Source of the DNA: Marsupella aquatica
Lineage: Eukaryota > Plantae > Marchantiophyta
Assembly: GCA_973895155.1 (NCBI GenBank)
Contig: OZ316895.1
Location: 18,774,508-18,838,507 of the forward strand
DNA length: 64,000 bases
Direction: 5' to 3'
A program made the position numbers and the translations under genes. The notes under the pieces were generated by a model. The model did no database searches. It was not told the DNA's origin and saw nothing but the letters and a program-made list of their open reading frames with translations. Of the stretch, positions 10,837 through 25,500 are shown in pieces. Position 1 is the stretch's first letter; every line of letters starts with the position of its first letter.

Positions 10837-13800
10837 CATTTCCAACTTTGTGACCTCATCCGTCCATGCCTGCTTTTGTCCGGGTTATCTCCTCCTGCAG
10901 CTCCTTGCGTATCTGTTGGACTCGGCTGAGGTGATCATTGGCCGCAGTGCACATGGCGTCCTCATGCTTCTCTCGCATGGCCTCCAACCGGTCAAGTAAC
11001 TTGTCATACTTCCTTTGGGCTTCTGCCAAGGCCTTCTTGCTCTGGGTGGCCTGGTCCTTAGCCGTCTTTCTAAGCCTCTCGACTTGCCGATTTAGACCTT
11101 GTACCTCCGCCTTTGAATCGGCTAACTCCAGCTCTACCTTCGTCAAATTTTCCTTGATCTGCTGGTTATCCAATTGGTAGTTTTCCAATTGGTTGTTTGA
11201 CACCTCTAATTCTTGTTGCTTAGCCAAGAGATCTTGCTGAGCTTGTTGATCAAACTTTGTCTTAGCAACTTCGGCTTCCATGGAGCGAAGCTGAGCAATT
11301 ACCTCTTCTTTCTTTAATCGCTCCAACGTCATTGCCTCCTCCAACCTTGTTTGGTCAGCCATTTCCTTTCTAAGAAATGGTCCGGATTCTAACTCATTGC
11401 CGAAGATTTCTAAGGCTAGCAATCCTCACATGTCTCCATACTCCCTAGCCCGATCTTTCGCATATTTTGACTTGCCAGGTGATACTGGCATATGCCAAGG
11501 AGGCCGTTTCTCCCAAGCTTCTGCCCATAATTGATCAAAGTCAGTGAGAGGCTCGGCCTGCTTCTCACTAAGCCATTTTATTTCCTCCGGCCAATCACCG
11601 CTTGGTAGCTACCGTTCCTGTATGTCATTTCGGGCCCTCCACTCGTTGAGTTTCTCCTTCAGACCTGCCTCGGCTTCCTTCCATTTGGTCAAATTCCAAT
11701 GGTGTCACGTCCGGTGGAGGAGACTCTGGGGTTTTTTGATCCTCCGGCTTGCCATAAAAGACTGAGGGAAGTCTTCTACAAAACCTTCCCAACGTTCTCA
11801 CTCCTGGCACCGGTCTCTCCCCATGATCGACATAATCATCATCGTAGTCATCCACATTAACCTGACTATCGAGCATGCCGGCCTCTTCTGCAAAGCCCCC
11901 AATCTACCTCTGAGTATTGTTGGGCTGCCACTGGTTGATTTACCTCCACCGGTTCCTCAACTTGGGCCCGGCTAGAAGCTCTAAGGACTAGCCTCTCCTG
12001 ACTACGGCCTCGGCTTCCATCTTCTGACTCCAAATCCATTTGCTCATCTCGTTTCTTTCTTTCTTCGGTAGTCATCTTCCTCTCTACCAGTTGAATACTT
12101 GCATATGGGTTATTATGAGTAGGCCGTTGCAACGGATTTCTCACCACATCATACGTTACCACCTCTGGTTCCTTGAGAGGGGAATTCTCCCATCCCTGGA
12201 CTGCTTGTGTTGCCGGCCTATTCTCCCGTCCCTGGACTGCCTGTGTTGCCGGCCTCTTCTCTTGCCCTTGCTTGTTCAGGGGCTGCTCGTCCTCCTCCTC
12301 CACCCATGCTGTAATCGGCATCCTCTCCTGTAGTGGTAACACAGGTGCAAAAGACTGGCTTCTTGCATATTGGCAAAGTAATTGTAGATGGTACCCTAAT
12401 CTGGATACCGCTCCTTCCCCAATACTCTATTTCTCTTCATTTAATGCCTTCTTTAACTGCATTAAAAGATAGCCGTTGTAGTCTTGGCTTGAATCGATAT
12501 TCTCCACCAAAAATACCTGGGCCTTGCCGATCTCTACTCTCGGCAATGTACAATGTAGCATGACTTGTAAGAAATCAATCAACTGCCCCACATGTGGATT
12601 AGTGCATTGATTTCTAAAGAACCCATTCTTAGTAGAGGGCCCTCGAAATGATCGGAATTGGTTATCCGGCAATGTCTTTGGCTGCTCCACGTACCTTAGT
12701 TTTATTCCCTTGTGGAAGAGCGAAGATGGCTTCAATTAGTGCTGGCAATAATTCCACCACCTTCCCATACATCAGTAACGTGTTAGAAGAAGCCTCCCAA
12801 CATCCTACGAAGTCTAACAGATCTTCGACTGGTATGCCAATTAACCGCCATGGTAACCAAATGAATCCCTCTAAGCCGGTGTCGTTCATGTATCCAGAAT
12901 ACTTGTTATCCTGGATGGCACAGGAGACCTCATCTTCTTCTCGTGCAAACTGTAGTTGTAAGTCGGCAGGTAGCTTATCCGCCCAACCCGTCATAAACTT
13001 ATCCTCTACTGCCCTATCACAAATTGGCACGGCTTTAGCCTTGGCCTGCCTCTCCGATTGATTCCACTTAGCTGGTGTTGCAAATGCCAAACTACCTTTA
13101 CGCTTCATCTCTTCAGTTCCTAAGAACTCTCCAAGAATGGCTTCCTTCACAACTACATTATCTGCTTGATTAACGTAATTTAAGCAGACGTTAATTGCGA
13201 CGTTCAGTCGACGTGTGGAAAAGTCCCACACAATGACGTTTAAGTAGCGATGTTACTAATGATGTACATCCGGACGTTCTTAACGTAGCATTACACAACG
13301 TACTTAACGTCGCCGACTGTGACGTTCTCCACTTAACGTTGTATTAGACGACATTACCATCAACGCACCATTGTTGATAACATGGCCTATTGATGTGGCT
13401 AGAAATGACGTTAGACATTGTTTAACCAAGTTTGATACGTTGTACATTGCCATGTAAGACACCATGTTTAATAGGTACAACATAATTTAGTTGGTTAAGT
13501 GTGACATTTCTTACGATGTTTGGTACGGTCTACACAGTAAATAACATGGTTATCTACTTCTGTATGCGGACGTACATTGGGGAACGTAGTCCATCACAAT
13601 GTTCGGAACAGTTAAGAGTGTAACACAACAGGATGTATACACGATTAGGCACGGTAGTATACGTGATTAGGCACGATAGTACGTGACTGGTTCGGGTTGT
13701 TGTTCTGGTTCAATATAGAATACATGCATTCATTATACACATTGTAACCTGGAATGATATGCCACCACAAATGGGTGTTTTGAATACAAATCCGAGATGT

Positions 13801-15554
13801 AACATACAAAATTAAACCTCCTAGCTAATGTCGTTGAGATTGCCTATCACATCTTAACTGTCCGCCTCGCAGGCGCAGCTCGTACCTCTGGTCATCTTGC
13901 TCTGAGGTACTACTATCTGGCTCCGGCGCAACCTTGCTTCTTGTTGTTCTAGTGCTACGAGGTACCCTAGTGGAATGCCTCTCACCACTGCTCCTCCTCC
14001 TCTCTCTATCTCTCCGTCTTTCTCTGTCTCCCTCCTTGCATCTCTCCCTCCCTCGTCCTCCTTCAGGGAAAAGATCACGAGAAGTCCCACCATGCTGTCC
14101 GCATGGTACCGGGGCCTCCTCCTGGGTACCCTCCTCAAGCGGGACGGTGTCAGCATCCTCATCCTCTGCAATGGGTCGTGCTACTAAACCCTCTGGTGCA
14201 GTCCAATCCACTTGTATACAAGACACAGTTTCAGTCTAGGTTGGCACAAGATATGCTTTCACTCTACATCTATGGAATGGTGTTAATACAACGTAGCCAA
14301 GACATCACTACTTACTGGGAAGTCTTTGGGAGTTGAATCAAGCTTGCCCATAGGGCTGCCGGGCCATATCGCTTGGAGTACAAGTGCTCCTGCTCACTTG
14401 GGTCGGCATCTCGGCCATACTTTTGCTTCTGCAGCAAAAATCACATTACATCGTTCAAGAGGAGGTACTTTACACACCTCACCACTACGTTAAACCAATT
14501 GCGTCATCCCAAACGACGTTATAGATTACTCGATGGCACTAACATCGCAACAACAACGTGAGGGGTAGTGTAACGTTGTCTTGTGAGACGTAAAGGGTGA
14601 AATACAACAAGTTTAACGACGTTCTATTCTGCAATGGAGATGTTAATCTAAAAGAACGACGTTAGTTACTGTTTCACACCGAAGCAGCACCACAAGGCAT
14701 TGATTTGAATGATTGCGCAATGTGAAATGGAAGATAACTGACATAGGTTGCAAGAAATCCTCCCCATCCTCCCTGCCCCCAGAAATTTGTCACCTTCTTG
14801 CCACTCACTTTTTGAACAACATTGGCCTTGTCTCCCATACGCACTCGCTTTCCAACTGGGGTGTTCGGGGCTGCTTCGAGTTCACTGACAATCAATTTGA
14901 AGTCAGCTTCGCTCATGCCATCAGGTTTCTTATACTCCCCCGTCCTTATGCACCTGAGTTTGCGCACCTTTGCTCTCCACCTGAACCGTCGATCAGCGAG
15001 GTGATTCACAATCTTCTTCCTGATGTGGCGGTAGTCAATCTCTTGCCCATTTCTGAATCCAACCCACACATCATTTAGGAGCACCTGGAACTTCTTTTTG
15101 TTATGTACCAGCTCCTTCCAGGTCGTCCAATCGGGGCAGTGTTTAGTTACACAGGTCTGCACTATGTTTGTGAGTGCTTTCTCATCCAGAACGTCCGGCC
15201 TTGCATCAAAAGCAGCAAGGGTGATGGTGGGGAGGTGCTCCTTGCTGGCAGGAGCTTGTTGAGGATGTGATCGCCGCTCTGAATGTGAGTGCTCCTTTCT
15301 CCTCTCTGCTCCATGATGTCGATCTCCCCTGCGTCTCTTTGACCTTGATGTCTTTGCATTGTGCTCATTGGTTCCTTTCCCCTTTCGCCTTCTCCTTTCA
15401 GTGCTGCTATTTGACAAAGACCGAGATTGCCTCCTCCTCCTATGTGCTTGACGGTCCCCCCTCTCATCGTCTGCCCTGTATCTCTCATGTGCGATCCTCA
15501 CTTGACTCTTGATAGGGGTTTGAGCAGTTGCCTGAGAATCTAGCTGGATCTCAC

Positions 15555-18500
15555 TGTGATGCCTAGCCAGGAATCACTGGGCTAGTTTTAGGGGAAAAGG
15601 GAAGTGTACCCTAGAAACACCTTAGTATAGTTACATAAATAAGGAAAATATAAACAATTAAGGGTGACTATGGAACCCGAGCCGAGGCCGGAAGTAAGGA
15701 CGCCAGGGGAGAGAACACAATTAGGGTTAGGGCACGCTAAGTGTCGATGGCTAGGGGTAACCAACGGGAGGGAGAACCAGAGGAGGAGAGGGGTAAGGAC
15801 CGCTCGCGAGGCTCATTTGCAAACATGAACTGGGCAGGCGACTACGGGCGGCCAACTACTGTCAACTGCTTAGGCAAGCGCTCAGGGTGGGAACAAATAC
15901 CGACTATCAACTCGAGAAGGGTATGAGCAATGTCAATCAAGCGACACATTTTTGGGGATGCCTGTTCGAACAGGCAACTGAGTACATTGGGACTTACGAG
16001 GACGAAGAATCGGAGAGAGCAGCTCGAGAACGGCAGGAGCTCGCCCGATTGTGGGAGCTGCAGAAAGCTGCCTTCTTAGGAGGAGAACTCATCAAGGCTG
16101 AATTCCTGTGGACGCCTACTAGCAACGAGCTAGACGACCTGCTATTTTGCGAAGACAGAGTCGTTGGCATCCGCGAAGCCATTAAACGCTACAACGACAT
16201 ACACTGGGAGTTGAAGGGTAGCACGGAGGGGTGGACAAAGGCAACCGTGCTAGGAGAGACATCCACGGCAGCCGAGATGAAGAGGAAGGGGAACAACGAA
16301 GAGGCCACCTCGGCAAAAAGAACGAGGTTGGCGGCACCAAAGAAGCCAGCAAAAAAGGAGAGCAGGAGGCAGAGAGAAGCTGAGGAGGAGGAGGTCGACC
16401 CCATCAATGCCATTCCAACAAGAGATGACACCTGGAAAGGCTGGGCGGCGATTCTCCCCGAGGAAGTGCAATTACACTTTGCACGGGAGGAGGATGCATG
16501 CTTTACGGCTATGCAGACTCAGAAATACCAGGGCTTCATGGCCGGATCCGGCTTGGAAGTCTTCGTAAAGTTACCGTGGCTGAAGCCGGAGGTGCCGGAT
16601 TCAGACTTACTAGAATTTGTGGGATCATGAGAGTCCGAGACCAATTCCACAAGGTTGTATGGGAAGGATTTCTATCTCACTCCCGAGGTGATTGCCGAAG
16701 TGTTTGGCTTGCCGAAGGGCAATAAAACCAAGGTAGATACCAGGAAGACTTTGCCAGACAAGGAGTTCCGGTCGTTTCCCGGGCCTTCAACAAAGAATGG
16801 CTTCTTCCGAAACACCTGCACCAACCCGCATATAGGAGAGATGATCGATTTCTTGCGGGTGACCATGCATTGCAACTGGCCGAGACCAGAGATCTGCAAG
16901 GCACAGGTCTATCTGGCAGAGAGGCCAGACCCAAGCCGGGACTACAATGGTTACCTCCTCACTCAACTAAAGAAGATCTTGAAGGAGGAACAACTGGTGA
17001 TCGGCAAGGGAAGCGTGTCCCGGCTTGGCTATCACGTACCGCTATTATGCCGGTATGCCCGAAGTAAGACCTTTGCCCCGGTACTTCCCCTACAGGCAAG
17101 GGCACCAGAGGGAGGTTCCGGAACAGAGGCCGGCAACGGAGAAACCCAACCCGCCCGACAGTCCTACAATCGAGCAGGTGTTTAGGCCAAGGATGGAGGA
17201 CTTGCCGATGCAACAACCAGGCATGCAAAATCTGCTGAAATTGCTGGAGAAAGAAAAGAGAACGGCAACGGCAACGGCAACGGCACCAATGCAGGACACT
17301 GCTCCAGAGGTAGGCCTAAGCCGGCTTACAAGGGAAAACCCCTTTACTGGGGTCAAGGAGAGAAGGAGGCCGGAACACGAGCCGAGAGTCCGGATGTTTG
17401 TCGGAGCCTCAAGTCCCAAAGTCGAGGAGAAGCAGGCCGTAGCTCCCGGCCACGACAAGGAGAACAAAAGATCAACACGGAAGCCGGAGGAGGAACCAAG
17501 ACCGGTGAGAGGTGAAGCCGTGTTCACAACAAAACCAGGAGAACAGCGGGAGAAGCCGGTAGTCCAAGCCGAGGAGGAGGCGGTAGAGGACTACAGCAAT
17601 GATGACTCCGGCTACGGGTTGGATCATCATGTTCCAGGAGTAAGGACCTGTGGCCGGTTCATCCCCACGCTCCCAAGAGTAGTTGGAGGAGACCCGAGCC
17701 AGCAGAGCAGACCCGAGTCTCCCCCACCAGATGTCGCTCCCCCGAGCTTTGACGGCATAAAACAGACTGCGCAGGAATTTCAGGAGCAAATCAGGGAGGA
17801 AGAGGAGGCAGCCCTGGCTAGGGAAAAGGATTTACCAAGAGGAGAACGGCCAGAGGACATCAGGCGGCTTGCAGAAAAATGAAGCATCCCTCTAGCCACA
17901 ATAGAAGAGATCCGCAAGGCGGCTTGGGAACAAAGGCCGCGGTGGATGATGCCGATGACTTCTACTTCCTCCACCTATGCTAAAAATAGAGCCATGGAGT
18001 ACGGGGAAATGTGTGGAGAGCTGGCGCTCAACATCTTTGGGGAGGAGTTGGAGCAAGGACCCTTTTTTCAGAGGGAGATGTTGGAGAAGCGCCAATTAGA
18101 AGAAGCAATGGCTTTGGAAAGAAGCAAGAAGGACGAGGTCATCCGTCGGCTTAGGGCAAGGGAAGCCGAAATCAAAGACCTGAGGGCGGCCAAGAAAGCC
18201 CAGGATGAGCTACGGATTAAGCGGCATGAGCTAAATATCATGCAGGGCCAATTGGATATCGCATAGTCTGATAATCGGATTATCAAGAATAAACTGACTC
18301 GAACCCAAGGAGAGTTGGCCGATGCGATCAAGGAGCGGGAGAAGTGGAAGTGAGAGCTGAGGGATGCAGAGGAGGCCCACATAACAGCCAACAACCGGGC
18401 CATGGCGGAGACCCAGAGAAGGGAAAGGGCATTGAAGGGGGAGCTCGAGGTTATCCGCGGAGCCCTTGAGCAGAAGGAGGCCGAGTTAGGGAAATCCTAT

Positions 18501-20254
18501 CAAGGGATTATTGTGCTGCAGCAGGAGCTTGCGTCCCTGACGGCCAGCTTCAAAGCCGACCTACGTGAGAAGGACAATATGCTCGATCAGACTTACGCCA
18601 AGATGAACCAGATGGAGTCTGTCATCATTGCAGAGCTTGACAATGAGTTAAGAGCGACCCGGGAGGAGAGAGCTGCATTTAAAAAGGAATTGGAGGAAGC
18701 CCACAAGGAGCTGGAGGAGGCGTGCAAGGACCTGGACGAAGTGCAAGAAGAGTTGGAGGAAAGCACGCGGAAGCTAGAGAACTTACAACGACGAGCGGAC
18801 AACCAAACGGAGCGGTTGAAGAAACAAGCCGCAGTATTTAAGTGCTTGGCTTCATCAGGGCCAACTCAAATTGAGGCCACTAAGTTACCAGGAGTGGTAC
18901 TGGCCGAAGGACAAGCCGCGCCATTTGCACCAGTGCCGGAAGTAAGTGGGAAGGGGAAGGGGCCAGCTGCCGAACCAGAAAAGAAGAAGAAGCGGAAACC
19001 TTCAAGGTCAAGGACTAATACGGCTCCACAGGCCGTGGTGACCAAGGAGGTAGACCCAGCACCGACCTCAGGCAGGGTTACGGCAGAAGATCCAACTACC
19101 CTAGAAGAAGGGGATGACAAAGCCAAGGCCAGGATACTCGGTAATGAAGCCGAGGCTGAGGCCGTAGCCGAGGCTGATGTTGAAGCCGATGCCAATGCCG
19201 ATGTCGGGGGGGGACCCAGTCAGGCCGATGGAGAGTTGACTCAGTCAAGGGCAGGTAATCTGTCAGAGTACAAACCTACTGCAGTGGTTGAGGAGGAAGC
19301 GTTGGGGGCATCCACTGAGGAACAGACACCGCTGCCATGACGGTGGTGGAGGGCCGCTCCTTTCAAGGAGGGCGGACGTGGAGGGAGGAGGCGTGAGTGG
19401 GCAGGGTGGGCTCAGATCTCTAAGTTTAGGATTAGGATCAGGACCAGGAGGCGGCCCTGACACTTAGCTTAGTGGGATGGCGGTTCCACTGGTAAGAGAA
19501 ACACTTGTACTCCTGCCTCGCTGTACATAGGTAGATTTAGTTAGGTAGATTAGGCTTACGCTGCAAAGAATTAGGCGGATTCACTACCAGGATAAGTACC
19601 TAGGCAGCGGGGAGCTCAGGGCCTCTTCTTTAGCAAGTTTTTAGTTGCACCAGCCGGGCTGGGATCAAGTAGTAAGAGAAGCTCTCGTTTAGTCATACAA
19701 TGACCCTTGTGTATATTCATGTTTCCTCATGCCTAAGAGCTGAATAGAGTTGGCCTCACGGCTTAGTTCGCAGAGCTTGTGTATGAGATGTACTGTTTGT
19801 ATGGCAAGTGCATGGTATGACTCAGTCAGAAGGAGTCATTTTGCTATTTGTGTGTCGCATTAACTTGTGTGAAGAGTGCCCACATCAACTAATAGATGAA
19901 GGAAAGTAAGCAAGGGAGTGAGAGTTGGATGTGTCGAGCTGAGAGAGGTCTTAGCGGCTTAACCAAGCCTATTGGGGATCATTCCGGCGGCGGAATCCAA
20001 ATATACCTAACAAGAAGGAGGGGAAGACAGGGGAAGACAAGGGAAGGCCTAGATTAGGCCGGCTACGTATCTCATGACCCGATGAAGGATCTGTCCAGTA
20101 TATGTGTGTAAAATGTTAATAGTAGTAGTAGAAGGAGGTTAGCAGCGTCCCATGCCACTAAGCCGCGAAAACGGCCTCGCCAACCGCAAAACCTACGGGA
20201 ATCGGCTTGTGAAGGGGGGTTTCTGGGGTTTAGGGAGCCATGGGACGCACCACA
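15555..20254 (+). mobile_element. 4700-bp coding TG..CA element (solo-LTR-like)
   Basis: Starts TGTGATGCC and ends GCACCACA; 5-bp TSD CTCAC (15550-15554 / 20255-20259); no internal LTR pair and no gag/pol. Confidence 0.92.
15670..19340 (+). pseudogene. Decayed ~1100-1200 aa ORF: putative plant-transposon-protein-like domain, low-complexity linker and long coiled coil
   Basis: LLEFVGS*ESETNSTRLYGKDFYLTPEVIAEVFGLP resembles accessory ORFs of Athila/Tat retrotransposons; conserved in three copies; stops are mostly at W/Q/R codons. Confidence 0.6.
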
Positions 20255-21054
20255 CTCACAGAAGGTTGGATCGTCCCAACCATCGTCTGCTAGTGTTGGG
20301 AATGTAGGTAGCAGATCAATCAATGCCCCATCAAGCTCTCCAACGACATCTGGCGCTTCAACCTCAACCACCTCCTCTTGGTCGGGAGCATTGGCCTCAA
20401 TACTCTCTAGGTACTCTATAAACCTGGACTCCTTCGTTCCATGTCCTCCCATGAATTGCCAGCTATGGTTGAAGGCCTGGACTAGTGAATGTGTTGAATG
20501 TAGTGCTGTATGCACCTTCTCCATCTCCTCTGGATCCTCCATGGCCACCTTCACTGCATCAAAGTTCACACTGCATGGAAGGTAGCCTGGATGAGACATG
20601 GCGGGCAATTCTGTGAGGTAGAGGAGACCAAGAGCTGTGAGGATTAGAGGTGCATTGGGGAATGTCAAATGTGACTCGCATTTTAACACGACCCCAATGT
20701 TTTCTGAAGGAAATGACCGGGGAAACGCTTAACCTCGCGGGCTCGCCATTTCTTGCAATTTACATCGTTTTAATGTCTCTTTAACGTCATTTTAATGTCC
20801 TGTTTACGTCGCTTCCAAATGACGTTTCCTATGAACACCTTGTCCTAAACGACGTTAAGTTTAGGAACGTCATGCTGTAAGATGTAACCGACATCGGACA
20901 GGGTTTAAGCGGGACATTAAATGTTAGGGTTTTTTTTTAAATGATGTTAAAACTAATATTAGGTTGTAATTTGTAGGGTTTTAAGGATGGGTTTTTGTGA
21001 GGGGTTTTGTATAGGTTTTTCTCAAATGATAGATGGTTTTATTGGTTGCAGGAC

Positions 21055-21576
21055 ATGGTGATCTATGACTCTCTGTCCGATGACACAAATGATGGGGATA
21101 CAATTGTTGGTCGCAGATACCGGCATCATGATAGGGGTAGGGATTATTCTCCTGATAGTAGGAGGGACTACTCGCCAGAGCGGAGGAGGGACGACTCGCC
21201 GAGAAGGAGGAGGGACTACTCTTCAGAGAGGAGGAGGGACTACTCTTCGAAGAGGAGGAGGGACTACTCTTCGAAGAGGAGGTCGAGACATCGTAGATCT
21301 TGACGTCATCGCCATCGACAGAAGCAGGAGGATAGGAGAGATAGGAGCCCCCATCGGCCATATGACGTTCATCATCATCCAGAGCCCCATGGTCACAGCT
21401 CACCTTCCTCTTTGGACGAGGGGTGTGGAGAGGCCATGGTTGCTCTTCATGGGATTGGACAAGTCCGAAAGATGCCTTGCCCTTGTAGACGATGCAAGGG
21501 TGTTGTATCTCACGAGAGGACTACTGTCGTTAGCCATTTAGGGATGCATGGTTGTCATGTACCACCAATACCCGAG
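21055..21576 (+). CDS. CACTA transposase first coding exon: RRDYS repeats plus transposase-associated domain
   Basis: MPCPCRRCK...TVVSHLGMHG matches the CPC-x2-C...V-x2-HL-x3-G motif; donor GAG|GTGAG at 21576; one CGA>TGA stop at 21301. Confidence 0.8.
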
Positions 21577-21707
21577 GTGAGTTTCCTTCTTATTGCAAAA
21601 CCATTTTGCTTAACTTTAGCTATCACAAGGTTGGAGTACTTTGCCTTCAATCATGAATGCTCAAGTTTGCTGGCATGTTGAGATTTTCTTGCTTACATGT
21701 GGAACAG

Positions 21708-22444
21708 ATTCTGGTTGTGCCGTCACCTCCTAAGGACAGCATGAGAGAGGTTGCACGTCGAGCTCTGACTGCACTGGTGCCCCCATCAGCTCTAGATGCC
21801 ACTTTGAGGGCAATAGACCATGTTTTTGATAGGAGGAGGGTTTCACAGGTGCACCCTATTGAGAGGGGAGTCGTGGTCAATACCAGACCACGGTCTTTGG
21901 AGTCTCGTCCGCCTAGGGCGAGGCCACCACATTGTCCTTTTCTTGATGCATCTATTGCTCGGGCACCGAGAGAGTTGCATGGGAGAGCCTTGGACATTGT
22001 AAAGGACTCCTTCCCTACCCAATTTGGGCTCCCTGTGGACCTTCCAATTAGGGAGCCTATCATAGTTTGGGATCGCCCATGGGTCCTCCTCCCCTCCACA
22101 CTCCTCAGCTCTTTCCATTCTATGGGCCTAAGTATTTTGCTCAACGATGGCGAATCTTGTCTCGACAATGTCCGACCTTTGGTCGATATGGCATGTCGGT
22201 CAAGCTTGACCCTAGGTATGCTCAGATGGATGGTTACCCGCCGCGCATTGGAAACCTGGCGGGTTACATCAATAGCACATTGGGTTCTCGGCGTTCAGGT
22301 TTTAGGCCAAACACTGAGTGGCATGAGTACCATGACCAGACTCACCCTTGTTTGCCCATGGCTTGTACGCATTACATCTTGACCCATGCTACCCGCACCA
22401 TTAGAGCAGGGGAAGAGATTCTTGTAGATTATGATTGGCATTGA
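21708..22444 (+). pseudogene. SET-domain (lysine methyltransferase-like) exon inside the CACTA element; one frameshift near 22067
   Basis: QFGL...FPFYGPKY...MDG...GNLAGYINS...PNTEW...HATRTIRAGEEILVDY matches the SET consensus GN-x-ARFINHSC-x-PN...A-x-R-x-I-x2-GEEL-x-DY. Confidence 0.8.
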
Positions 22445-22558
22445 CGAAATGACATATTTGTAATTTATGGACCCATTGTTGCATAATACATTGTTGCGTT
22501 GTTTACTGCGTTTGATTATATATGACTTTGTATCAAATATTGGATTTTACAATTGTAG

Positions 22559-25500
22559 GATGGTGCATATGTTACTCCTACACCTCACCCATCCATGATG
22601 ACAATGTCAGCGCGTGCCTTTCACCTACGTGCCACTCTAAATTTTGATGATGATGAAGATGATGACTTGGAGCCTGATGATTTGGATAGTGACCATGAGG
22701 AGTACCATGATGCATATGATGGAGACTTTGATGAGGATGATGGAGATGAGGGGGATGCACCCATTCTTGAAGAGGATGCTTTTGCCCACCTTGTGGACGT
22801 TCACTTTGGACCACATGCACCTGAGGGCAAGAGGCCTACCATGGAAGTAGACCAGGATGATTGGGACCAGTTGGAAATGGAAGCCAGAACTCCACTCTTC
22901 TTGGATTCTCCATCATCACGGTAAGCTTCTTTTTTTCACAATATTTAATGAATTTAGGGTTTGATCCAGCCCAAGACTCTACTTATGAACTTGTACAGGC
23001 CACACCCAATGTCATACCTCAAACTAATTATCCCTGGTTTCACAAATGCAAGTTGGGTGCCACTTTGCTGATGTTGAATTTGCAGGGAGTTTTCAACACT
23101 TCAGACGTCCATATAGATGCACTCTTCCAGCTATTCCACCAAAAACTCTTGCCCCAACCAAACACTCTTCCTGGTTGTGTGAGGGAAGCTAAGAAGTTGT
23201 TAACCTCAATTGGATTGGCTTTAGAGACTATCCATATGTGTCCAAGTGGATGCATCCTGTACAGAGGGACATACTTGGGCCACACAGAGTGCCTAGAGGC
23301 ACAATGTAAGCTTCCACGATACCGGCCCGACACCATTGGCGAAAAAATTCCAGAGAAGGTGAGATAAGATCTCCTGCTATGATCGGAAGACATTTGTTAC
23401 AAAATTAACGTAGGAGTCCATAGAGTTACGTTTCAAAAAACGTTGTTTAAATTGTCTTGTGCGGCTTTTTCCTATTTAACGTCGTCTAGGTTAACGTAAC
23501 AGACTTTTACAATGTATATCAGGAGGTATCTTACGTATCATAGTATATAGGACGTACCTTACGTCTTACTAAAGGACGTAAAATTATTAACGTCATGTCT
23601 AACGAGGTTACTTTAAACCTGCCGACGTTAAGAACGTTGTCTAAATTTACCTCGTGTATCACAAGGTATTTAAGGTAACACGGTGATGTGTTTGACGTTA
23701 AATCTCAATTAACATCGGAGGGTTCGTTGTGATTGTGGTTTTTGCAGGTCTTTAGGTATTTCCCAATCACACCCCGACTACAGCATCTATATCGACGGAA
23801 ACATCTATCGGCACTCCAACTTGGCATGCTGAGAACAAGTCCCCACCAGGGATTATGCGGCATCACCACGACAGCCCAGCGTGGAAGCATATTGACACCA
23901 CTTGGCCTGATTTTTCTCTGGAGCCGCGGAATGTTCGATTGGGGTTGGCAATAGATGGGGTAAACCCATACAAGCAACGACGCAAGCCTAAGTCCATATG
24001 GCCAGTTCTCTTGATAAATCAAAATATCCCTCCATGGTTGGCGATGAAGAAAGGTCATGTTCTTCTCCTCACTATCATTCCTGGTCCTCAAGCCTGTAAG
24101 AATCTGGATATTTGTTTGGCTCCAGCTTATGAAGAATTGCAAAAGCTATGGGAGTTTGGGGCAGTGACCACAGATGTCACTCGTGCACCGGATAATGGGA
24201 GGACATTTCAGATGAGGGCGATGATCACCCATTGCACCACTGATGGTCCAAGTAATGCTTAGTCACTGAAAATTTTTGACATGCATTGTGTAGGGTCCTA
24301 TTGCATGGGTCAATGTTTATGGCCTGACAATTTTTTTCCATTCATTCACAGGTATGGCCACAATATCCGGGTTGAAGGTGGCTGGTTATTCTGCTTGCCC
24401 TTCATGTGGTCCCGAGTTGCATGGGAGATATTCTAACCACTTGCACAAAACCACATATGAGGGCAGTAGGGTTCAATTACCAATGGATGATATCTTGCGA
24501 CATAATATCACACATTGGGCTGAGACTGAGTTTAGGCCATGTCCCAATGGGCCCTCTAACTGAGGCCCAAATTCAGATGGCAGAGAAAGTGGAGGCAAAG
24601 TTACTTCAACCCAAGCACTGTGGTGTCAATAGGCGCTCAGCTTTGTGGGACTTGCCATATTGGAGGGTAAGTAAAATAAATTTACCTTCTTTTAAGTTAG
24701 TGACTTGTAGACTTATTCTCTTTATGAATTTCTTACTAACAAAACCTGATTCTCCACTCATTTTGCAGATCCTCCAGATAAGATGGTTGTTGGACCCCAT
24801 GCATATTGAAGTAAATGTCGCCAAGAACCTGGTGAAGCACATTTATGCATGAATGATACTCGTGGGGTCCGAGAGGATGCAAAGCAGGTTGGAGTGGTGA
24901 AGAGTTGTTGGATAACTCGAGATGGGGAGAAGCCACCTGCTCCTTGGGTTTTGCCAAGACAGATATTGAAGGAGATGAATGGGATGATATGTGAAATGGA
25001 GTTCCCTAGCCATTACGGAGCCAGCTTCCGTGGGTGCACTACAAGGGATGACCACATATCCCCAATAGGCTTGAAGTCTCACGATTATCACAAGTTGATT
25101 CAGCATGTGTTACCTGCTGTCTTGCGTTGTTGCGATGATTCTAGAGAGCGACGCCAACTCCGACATACAATGTATGAGTTGTGCTCCATTTTCAGGTGAG
25201 CATAGTCTTGTTGGCATATATTTATGCTATGATCATTGCATATGGTAATGGTAATGGTAATGGTAATGTATTATAAGCTCCGGGACCATGAAAGTCAAAG
25301 GAGCTGCCACAAAAAGTAAAGTACAATGCAATCAAAGAAAAGAGCAACCAAAAGAGATTGCTCAGAAGAGGACAACTATGTCCTCAAAGAAACTATGGAC
25401 CTAGAGAGCCCTGAAAGATTTTCCAAACCTATTCTCCTTTCCCTATCCACCGCAAAGATATATCTTCCAAGTTGTTGAGGGGGCAGACCAAACAATGCAT

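Larger units (their letters stand above)
13825..20599 (-). pseudogene. TnpA-like (Ptta/En/Spm, Transposase_24-like) spliced gene, interrupted by the 15555-20254 insertion
   Basis: W-x2-L...LLNDVW...LADRRFRWRAKV...KPDGMSEADFKLIV...NFWGQGGW pattern; frame is open across the removed insertion (PTFCE|IQLDSQ); GT-AG introns near 14430-14735 and 14238-14312. Confidence 0.65.
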
